From a virus (Duplodnaviria; Heunggongvirae; Uroviricota; Caudoviricetes), in the IMG/VR virus record IMGVR_UViG_3300042549_004104, positions 1 to 64,000 of that record: a stretch of 64,000 nt of DNA. One strand, 5' to 3'. Each line of letters begins with the position of its first letter. Within the stretch, counting starts at the first letter, position 1. The position numbers and the translations under genes were made by a program. Below are positions 1-5,137 of this stretch, one piece after another. The notes under the pieces were generated by a model, which did no database searches, was not told the origin of the DNA, and worked only from the letters and a program-made list of their open reading frames with translations.

Positions 1-3
1 CTT

Positions 4-113
4 GTAACTTAGAAGTGCCAGTCCGTCAACTGGTTAGTCACTATCTAAGTTACCTACTGGGTTAGTAACCTAATGCGTTTACATATAGTACCCTGAACTT
101 AACAGGGACTATA
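4..113 (-). ncRNA. structured RNA, truncated by window edge
   Basis: Two stem-loops: GTAACTTAGA/TCTAAGTTAC with inner AGTG/CACT and CCAGT/ACTGG (4-53), and TATAGT-CCCTG/CAGGG-ACTATA (84-112). Lies just downstream of a boxA-like site and two promoters. Confidence 0.5.
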
Positions 114-125
114 CGACAATTAATT

Positions 126-137
126 TTTTAAAGAACA
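126..137 (-). promoter_or_regulatory. boxA-like antitermination element
   Basis: Minus strand TGTTCTTTAAAA resembles rrn boxA (TGCTCTTTAACA); about 25 nt downstream of a consensus -10. Confidence 0.6.
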
Positions 138-164
138 TTGTTGATTTCTCAACTCATTAAATGT

Positions 165-193
165 ATTATACATCTAATCGGATTTGTTGTCAA
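165..193 (-). promoter_or_regulatory. sigma70-type promoter
   Basis: TTGACA-17 nt-TATAAT, perfect consensus. Confidence 0.85.
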
Positions 194-270
194 ACTATTT
201 GTGTTGTATTTTTACATCACTAACATTTCTTCAACTCACCTATGAATCAATCTCTCAACTCATTAAAGAT

Positions 271-299
271 AGTATAACACCAAACGTATTTGATGTAAA
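271..299 (-). promoter_or_regulatory. sigma70-type promoter (tandem copy)
   Basis: TTTACA-17 nt-TATACT; shares downstream TTTAATGAGTTGAGA and upstream GTAAAAATACAACA with the 165-193 promoter. Confidence 0.75.
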
Positions 300-346
300 C
301 CTTTGTTGTTGTATTTTTACTACAGAAATGTAGTACTTTTGTTTCT

Positions 347-421
347 TGGTCCGGCGTGCAGGAATCGAACCCACATTCACGGTGTAGAAGACCGCTGTAT
401 TATCCATTATACTAACGCCAG
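347..421 (-). tRNA. tRNA-Arg(TCT)
   Basis: Cloverleaf; anticodon arm GCGGT-CTTCTAC-ACCGT, T loop TTCGATT, encoded CCA. Confidence 0.9.
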
Positions 422-433
422 ATAAATATCACT

Positions 434-1015
434 ATGGAAAACAACACCCTTTATGATGAGTTAGAATTATCGGTAAATTGCACCGGTGAAGAGATTAAAC
501 AGAAATTTAGAACACTAGCACAAATACATCATCCCGATAAAGGAGGTGATGAAGAAAAATTTAAACGTATCAAAACCGCATACGAAATATTAAGTGATCC
601 AAAAAAACGTGCCCAATATGATTCTACTGGAGAATACCAAGATGATATCACTATCAGTAATGAGGTATTAACTAGATTATCTAATATGATATCGCATTAC
701 ACTTCCCAAATTAATCCAGAAATTGATGATTTAATTTTAAAAATGAAGGTTGATATACATCAAGCACAAGCACATACTAATAATTTAATGAGTGAATGTA
801 ACAATATAATTAGAAAACTAAATGTAATTGCCAAAAAAATCAAATTAAAAAAAGAAGGAGAAAACGTTCTTAAATCAATTGTTGAGCAAAAAATTATATT
901 TGTTAAAAACGACTTAGTTTATCATAAAAGAACACTAACCATATTAGAAAATATGTTAGAAATTTTAGAAAATTACCATTTTAGTTTAGAAGAATGGCAA
1001 TTACTTATCAAGTAG
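434..1015 (+). CDS. DnaJ (J-domain) protein
   Basis: N-terminal LYDELEL...HHPDKGGD...AYEILSD..KRAQYD J-domain with HPD motif, followed by a helical C-terminus. Confidence 0.9.
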   Translation: MENNTLYDELELSVNCTGEEIKQKFRTLAQIHHPDKGGDEEKFKRIKTAYEILSDPKKRAQYDSTGEYQDDITISNEVLTRLSNMISHYTSQINPEIDDLILKMKVDIHQAQAHTNNLMSECNNIIRKLNVIAKKIKLKKEGENVLKSIVEQKIIFVKNDLVYHKRTLTILENMLEILENYHFSLEEWQLLIK

Positions 1016-1202
1016 TTAATGCAGTTTTTAATATTGATAGTTCATCATCAGTTAAAAACATTTCAATTTTTGTTTGTTTATACTCTGGATCACGTGATCC
1101 TTCAAAAGTAGTATACACCCGAACATAATTATTATTTTCACCTATGTGAATTTTATTCACTTCGCAAAAAATTTTATATCCAGCATTATTTGTGATTAAC
1201 AT
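1008..1202 (-). CDS. hypothetical protein (64 aa)
   Basis: ATG at 1202 preceded by AAGGA RBS; the longer track ORF overlaps tRNA-Asn. Confidence 0.65.
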   Translation of the reverse strand: MLITNNAGYKIFCEVNKIHIGENNNYVRVYTTFEGSRDPEYKQTKIEMFLTDDELSILKTALTT

Positions 1203-1222
1203 ATAGTTCCTTTTGATAAATT

Positions 1223-1297
1223 TGGCTCCCCAGCGTGGGCTCGAACCACGGACCAATTGATTAACAGTCAACTACTCTACCACTGAGCTACAAGGGA
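1223..1297 (-). tRNA. tRNA-Asn(GTT)
   Basis: Anticodon arm GTTGA-CTGTTAA-TCAAT; G73 CCA. Confidence 0.92.
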
Positions 1298-1304
1298 ATG
1301 TGTT

Positions 1305-1380
1305 TGGTGCTGGTTGTCGGACTCGAACTGACCACCTACTGCTTACAAAACAGTTGCTCTACCGGATGAGCTAAACCAGC
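1305..1380 (-). tRNA. tRNA-Thr(TGT)
   Basis: Anticodon arm ACTGT-TTTGTAA-GCAGT; CCA. Confidence 0.92.
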
Positions 1381-1398
1381 GTTTGTTTATTTACATGA

Positions 1399-1442
1399 AT
1401 TATAACACCGAGATAATTTATTGTCAACTATCTCGGTGTTAT
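1399..1442 (-). promoter_or_regulatory. sigma70 promoter overlapped by a 14-bp inverted repeat
   Basis: TTGACA(1427-1422)-17 nt-TATAAT(1404-1399); inverted repeat ATAACACCGAGATA 1402-1415 / TATCTCGGTGTTAT 1429-1442. Confidence 0.8.
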
Positions 1443-2003
1443 TTAGGACAACAAAATTCTACTGTGCTTTGGAACACCTGCAAGCAAGTAATCCATTTGA
1501 TCCGCAAGTATAGTGCGGTTCTGTAGAATCATGTTTTCATAATGATTTGGTGCGTATGGAACATACAACAATTCTAGACCACATTCCTTTAACAGTTTGT
1601 GACCTTTCTTTGCGTTACATTCTTTACATGCAGTAACCACGTTCATCCAAGTGTTTTCACCACCTCTACTCTTAGGCAAAATGTGGTCACGACTTAGATT
1701 GTTGTAGTTGGGAAAATGTCCACCACAGTATGCACATACATAACGGTCACGACCGAATAGTGTACGATTGCTTAATGCAACTTGTGCATGTTTGTGTGGG
1801 TTGAAACCATGACCCTTAATAGCAATAATGCTAGTAGTTTCTAGGTAACTCATTTCACCGTCGTTTTGAATTCCACCACGATACTTAGCTACAACTTCCC
1901 CTAATGCCCATGCGATTGCATTCTTTGCATGATAGGTAATTGCGTCATCGTGTGAGATCCACTGCCGGGGAACTCCTGAGATATCTAGTGCTAGAACAGC
2001 CAT
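1443..2003 (-). CDS. HNH endonuclease (McrA-like)
   Basis: RDRYVCAYCG...SRDHILPKSRGG..TWMNVVTACKECNAKKG: zinc-binding HNH motif. Confidence 0.92.
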   Translation of the reverse strand: MAVLALDISGVPRQWISHDDAITYHAKNAIAWALGEVVAKYRGGIQNDGEMSYLETTSIIAIKGHGFNPHKHAQVALSNRTLFGRDRYVCAYCGGHFPNYNNLSRDHILPKSRGGENTWMNVVTACKECNAKKGHKLLKECGLELLYVPYAPNHYENMILQNRTILADQMDYLLAGVPKHSRILLS

Positions 2004-2051
2004 TTTCTACTCCTTTGTTTGCTATTGTCACTATAACTATTTAACTAGTTT

Positions 2052-2127
2052 TGGAGGGTCGTAGAGGATTTGAACCCCTGACTCCTTGGTTCGAAGCCAA
2101 GTACTCTGTCCACTGAGTTAACGACCC
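2052..2127 (-). tRNA. tRNA-Arg(TCG)
   Basis: Anticodon arm CTTGG-CTTCGAA-CCAAG; CCA. Confidence 0.9.
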
Positions 2128-2130
2128 ATT

Positions 2131-2159
2131 ACTATAACACAAAATTTAATTTATGTCAA
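2131..2159 (-). promoter_or_regulatory. sigma70-type promoter
   Basis: TTGACA-17 nt-TATAGT directly upstream of tRNA-Arg(TCG). Confidence 0.7.
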
Positions 2160-2163
2160 ATAT

Positions 2164-2241
2164 TGGTACCCTACCCCTGATTCGAACAGGGAATACTTCT
2201 CCTTTTGAGAGAGATGACTTTACCAATTTGTCCAGTAGGGC
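2164..2241 (-). tRNA. tRNA-Leu(CAA), short variable region
   Basis: Anticodon arm TCTCT-CTCAAAA-GGAGA, Leu-type D arm GAC-AAATTGGTAAA-GTC, A73 CCA; variable region only 6 nt. Confidence 0.85.
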
Positions 2242-2246
2242 AAAAT

Positions 2247-3020
2247 TTATTTTAAAGAGATATGATGTGAACTTTTTAATAATCGTTCTATAGCATCATT
2301 TGTAGGATCAGAGTGTAACAATTTCCATTCAACATCACCGTGATTAACAAGTGAATGTATATTGGACACGTTTATCAAAAGTATTTCTCCTGACTTAGGA
2401 TGATAACTACGTTCTGGGTCTACATAAGGCCAAGTTTTTAACGGTGTTTCTCCTAATTCACTAAAGAAATGCCAGGTGGGTTTATCTTCTGCTAATACAT
2501 TTACATGTAAGCGTATCATATAACCTGAATCATCATCATCTAAATGGGGTCCGATACCTTCTTCTTTTCCAGCACTCATTGCTCTGCCCCATGTCCATGC
2601 ATCTTGTCCTATTTGTTCTACAAAACTTTTGTAAGCTCCATAGTAATAATGGTCAAGATGATTGTCCATTTTATTTTGCCAGTTGTCCTCTAAAAGTTCT
2701 GGAAATATTTTTCTATTGGCAAACGTAGGAACTGGTATAGGATCTGTTCGTTGTACAGGCCATTGCAATGTCCAATATCCACCTTTATTAAAATCTATTC
2801 CTTCTATGCGAGGGTCACTTAATATTCTTTGGTCGTAGTATTCTTCCATGTCAGGTCGTTGTAAACTCCAATGACTTTCTGAATGTTTTGTTTTAAGATC
2901 CTCAAAAAAACCTAATAAAGGTTCAGTATCAAAGGTAATATTTAATTTTAATACATCCCAATCATAATTTCTTAAATCTTTTAATGTATAATCCTGTGGG
3001 TTTGTGATAACTCTTGCCAT
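2247..3020 (-). CDS. Fe(II)/2OG oxygenase-like protein (Asp/Asn beta-hydroxylase type)
   Basis: GPHLD...RLH...IHSLVN: HxD...H triad; paralogous to genes at 21.9-25.7 kb. Confidence 0.65.
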   Translation of the reverse strand: MARVITNPQDYTLKDLRNYDWDVLKLNITFDTEPLLGFFEDLKTKHSESHWSLQRPDMEEYYDQRILSDPRIEGIDFNKGGYWTLQWPVQRTDPIPVPTFANRKIFPELLEDNWQNKMDNHLDHYYYGAYKSFVEQIGQDAWTWGRAMSAGKEEGIGPHLDDDDSGYMIRLHVNVLAEDKPTWHFFSELGETPLKTWPYVDPERSYHPKSGEILLINVSNIHSLVNHGDVEWKLLHSDPTNDAIERLLKSSHHISLK

Positions 3021-3040
3021 TATGTTTCCTTATTGTGTAA

Positions 3041-3048
3041 TATTTATA
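3041..3048 (-). promoter_or_regulatory. T4-type late promoter motif
   Basis: TATAAATA 20 nt upstream of the 3020 ATG. Confidence 0.55.
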
Positions 3049-3073
3049 CTCCACAACAGTTGACAGTTATTAT

Positions 3074-3149
3074 TGGTACCAAGAGTTGGACTCGAACCAA
3101 CCACACCTAGTGCTTCAAACTAGTGCTCTACCTGATGAGCTATCTTGGC
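3074..3149 (-). tRNA. tRNA-Phe(GAA)
   Basis: Anticodon arm CTAGT-TTGAAGC-ACTAG; CCA. Confidence 0.9.
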
Positions 3150-3156
3150 ATTGCAT

Positions 3157-3232
3157 TGGGGAGTTACACGGGGAACGATCCCGTACTACCAGTTTCACAG
3201 ACTAGGGTGCGAACCTCTACACTAGTAACTCC
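3157..3232 (-). tRNA. tRNA-His(GTG)
   Basis: G-1:C73 pair; anticodon arm CTAGT-CTGTGAA-ACTGG; variant T loop ATCGTTC. Confidence 0.88.
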
Positions 3233-3243
3233 ATATGATAATT

Positions 3244-3321
3244 TGGTCTGGGTAGCAGGATTTGAACCTGCAGCCTCGGAGTTCCAAGCCCCGCCGTCTA
3301 CCAAGTTGACAATATACCCAG
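3244..3321 (-). tRNA. tRNA-Pro(TGG)
   Basis: C1:G72, A73; anticodon arm CGGGG-CTTGGAA-CTCCG. Confidence 0.9.
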
Positions 3322-3328
3322 ATGTGTT

Positions 3329-3420
3329 TGGCGGAAGACGGAGGAGTCGAACCCCATCCCTGTTAAGAGAACCTGGTTTTCAAGGCCAGTCGGCGGACCA
3401 TCCCACCTGCATCATCTTCC
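3329..3420 (-). tRNA. tRNA-Ser(TGA), non-canonical 8/4 fold
   Basis: Acceptor GGAAGATG/CGTCTTCC (8 bp), T stem GGGG/CCTC (4 bp), anticodon loop CTTGAAA, long variable arm, G73 CCA. Confidence 0.8.
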
Positions 3421-3427
3421 ATTATAG

Positions 3428-3577
3428 GTTTTTGAGCGCCTAACTATCCGCCTGGGAGGACTCGCTAGATTGTCTCGTACAAAGGAGTTTAACCAACCTC
3501 TATTAGCATACTGGTGTGTCGCACAATCCGGATTGTGCTATGCCACGGGGACTCAACTCTGCCGTCTATCTCAAAAC
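3428..3577 (-). ncRNA. unknown structured RNA in tRNA array
   Basis: Termini TTTTGAG/CTCAAAA pair; internal TGGCATA/TATGCTA stem encloses the palindrome GCACAATCCGGATTGTGC; GC-richer than flanks. Confidence 0.5.
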
Positions 3578-3598
3578 TTGGAAACTGATAAATATAAT

Positions 3599-3838
3599 AT
3601 GACCCGCTTACTTGCATATCACTATATCAAACAGTTTATTACTTATTTCCCAGCGCCACTATTTTTTATACTATTTCTATATAGTATGTTTTCAAGTAGT
3701 GTAATGTCTATTTGTGGTATAATTCCATATGAGATGCCACTGATGTGGTTTCTTATGTCACTTGCACACGCAAGACCTTGGGTAACATATTTAGAAATCA
3801 AACACTGTCCTAATGGATGTGGATGTAAATCTGATTAA
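3599..3838 (+). CDS. small membrane protein (79 aa)
   Basis: ATG just after TAAATA; two hydrophobic segments; C-terminal HCPNGCGC. Confidence 0.6.
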   Translation: MTRLLAYHYIKQFITYFPAPLFFILFLYSMFSSSVMSICGIIPYEMPLMWFLMSLAHARPWVTYLEIKHCPNGCGCKSD

Positions 3839-3841
3839 ACT

Positions 3842-3916
3842 TGGTAGCCAATGATGGGAACGATCCATCGACCCCCGCCTTATCAAGACGGTGCTCTACC
3901 ACTGAGCTAATTGGCC
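3842..3916 (-). tRNA. tRNA-Ile(GAT)
   Basis: Anticodon arm CCGTC-TTGATAA-GGCGG; variant T loop ATCGTTC; CCA. Confidence 0.9.
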
Positions 3917-3924
3917 AAATTGTT

Positions 3925-4000
3925 TGGTAGTTGAGGTCGGACTCGAACCGACGATAAACACCGTATGAAGGTGGTGCATTAGCCACTATGCTACTCAACC
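3925..4000 (-). tRNA. tRNA-Met or Ile2 (CAT)
   Basis: Anticodon loop TTCATAC; lacks the fMet GGG/CCC stem; Met versus lysidine-Ile cannot be resolved by eye. Confidence 0.85.
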
Positions 4001-4005
4001 ATAAT

Positions 4006-4080
4006 TGGTGCTGACGGCGAGATTTGAACTCACGACCTCTTTCTTACCAAGAAAGTACACTACCACTGTGTTACATCAGC
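4006..4080 (-). tRNA. tRNA-Thr(GGT)
   Basis: Anticodon arm CTTTC-TTGGTAA-GAAAG; CCA. Confidence 0.92.
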
Positions 4081-4084
4081 ATAT

Positions 4085-4161
4085 TGGTGCGACCTAAGAG
4101 ATTCGAACTCCTGACCCCTAAGTTCGTAGCCTAGTGCTCTATCCAACTGAGCTAAGGTCGC
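4085..4161 (-). tRNA. tRNA-Arg(ACG)
   Basis: Anticodon arm CTAGG-CTACGAA-CTTAG; A20; CCA. Confidence 0.93.
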
Positions 4162-4169
4162 ATATAAAA

Positions 4170-4230
4170 CAGGATAGCATCTTTTTTTCATTAAAAGTGA
4201 AAATTTGAATTGTTTGCTGTTGCTATCCTA
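4170..4230 (-). ncRNA. ACAGCAA-motif RNA carrying a tRNA-Lys(UUU)-like anticodon stem-loop
   Basis: Stem AGGATAGCA/TGCTATCCT, then ACAGCAA; inner hairpin TTTTCA-CTTTTAA-TGAAAA. Confidence 0.65.
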
Positions 4231-4234
4231 AAAC

Positions 4235-4310
4235 TGGCATCCTGCACGGGAATCGAACCCGTCTCTGCGACTTGAAAGGCCACTGTTCTTAACCGATAAA
4301 CTAGCAGGAT
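4235..4310 (-). tRNA. tRNA-Glu(TTC)
   Basis: Anticodon arm GTGGC-CTTTCAA-GTCGC; CCA. Confidence 0.9.
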
Positions 4311-4320
4311 ATGAATAAAA

Positions 4321-4431
4321 CAGGATACATTCTTGACGAATGCTCTACCATTGAGCTAATCTGGCATAAAGCCAAATGTTGGACTTGAACCAACGACACA
4401 TCGTTTGATGTAGTTTGCTGTATGTATCCTA
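4321..4431 (-). ncRNA. ACAGCAA-motif RNA with circularly permuted tRNA body (YrlA/Y-RNA-like)
   Basis: Stem AGGATACAT/ATGTATCCT and ACAGCAA, then T arm GTTGG-TTCAAGT-CCAAC, closed acceptor ATTTGGC-TTTAT-GCCAGAT, D arm GCTC-AATGGTA-GAGC. Confidence 0.8.
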
Positions 4432-4435
4432 AACT

Positions 4436-4510
4436 TGGTGGAGAATAGCGGAATCGAACCGCTAACTGTAACTTGCAAGGCTACTGTGTTCCCAATTATA
4501 CCAATTCCCC
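4436..4510 (-). tRNA. tRNA-Ala(TGC)
   Basis: G3:U70; anticodon arm GTAGC-CTTGCAA-GTTAC; CCA. Confidence 0.92.
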
Positions 4511-4516
4511 AATGTC

Positions 4517-4590
4517 TGGCAGGCGTGCTAGGGCTCGAACCTAGAATAACAGAGTCAAAGTCTGTGGTGTTACCATTACACTACACGCCA
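4517..4590 (-). tRNA. tRNA-Gln(TTG)
   Basis: Anticodon arm ACAGA-CTTTGAC-TCTGT; unpaired 1:72; G73 CCA. Confidence 0.9.
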
Positions 4591-4653
4591 ACATGTTTTT
4601 AATAGTCAAGTGCGTCCTTCAACCTTCACAGGGTCTGATTTTTTCCTCGCACT

Positions 4654-4727
4654 ATGCTATTCTAAAACATACTAACGACTTAATTTCTCAAGCCGGGTCT
4701 GTGTGTCAGTATGTTTTAGAATAGCAT
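4654..4727 (-). ncRNA. long hairpin RNA element
   Basis: Perfect 20-bp inverted repeat 4654-4673/4708-4727 capped by GGCTTGA-GAAA-TTAAGTC (GNRA loop on the minus strand). Confidence 0.55.
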
Positions 4728-4753
4728 GATGTATCTTTCAACATCCATGCTAT

Positions 4754-4873
4754 GATAGGGTTGATACCCTACCCAGTGATTTTAATCTCTACGTTGTCGC
4801 CATAGATTTCATCCTACTGTCCGCCCGTTCGTAACATTTTTATAGTGATGTATTCCGGCCCTCGTTGCCTATC
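4754..4873 (-). ncRNA. unknown structured RNA
   Basis: Termini GATAGG/CCTATC pair; nested CAGT/ACTG, AATCT/AGATT and CTATG/CGTAG stems; no ORF. Confidence 0.45.
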
Positions 4874-4885
4874 AACACTTGCATC

Positions 4886-5041
4886 TTATTTTGTAGCTTT
4901 AGCTTTCGCCTTAGCATTAAGATACTGTTTTGCGTCATTGATTTTTTGTTCAATCAACTTTCGCTTTTGTTCTTCTGTTAACGTATGATTCTTATACCAT
5001 TCACGTTTGTCAGAAGATCCGTATTCTAATTCCTTTACCAT
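4886..5041 (-). CDS. small basic helical protein (51 aa), not in ORF track
   Basis: MVKELEYGSSDKREWYKNHTLTEEQKRKLIEQKINDAKQYLNAKAKAKATK; first ORF after the attenuator terminator. Confidence 0.55.
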   Translation of the reverse strand: MVKELEYGSSDKREWYKNHTLTEEQKRKLIEQKINDAKQYLNAKAKAKATK

Positions 5042-5081
5042 TTACCGTCAAATCCTGTTGTTGTTTTTTCGCTACATAAGC

Positions 5082-5117
5082 AAAAACCCCTGAGACTGTT
5101 TAGTTTCCCAGGGGTTT
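5082..5117 (-). terminator. intrinsic terminator of putative attenuator
   Basis: AAACCCCTGGGA-loop-TCTCAGGGGTTT followed by a U run, about 20 nt after the leader stop codon. Confidence 0.8.
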
Positions 5118-5137
5118 CATAAATTTGTTAGTTTCAG

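Noticed and set aside
1203-1271. N-terminal extension of ORF 1008-1271
   Set aside because: Overlaps tRNA-Asn; an RBS supports the ATG at 1202.
3329-3420. tRNA-Sec (selC)
   Set aside because: Ends resemble selC but the anticodon is TGA (Ser), not TCA, and the T stem is 4 bp.
3428-3577. HDV-like (theta) ribozyme after a tRNA
   Set aside because: GG-P4-CTAA-like segment present, but I could not build matching P2 and P3 helices.
3123-3998. Track ORFs 3123-3443, 3810-3998 and the N-terminal part of 3470-3838
   Set aside because: They overlap clear tRNA/ncRNA genes and are shadow frames.
4321-4431. Functional permuted or intron-split tRNA gene
   Set aside because: No anticodon loop or discriminator-CCA can be reconstructed; a mimic fits better.
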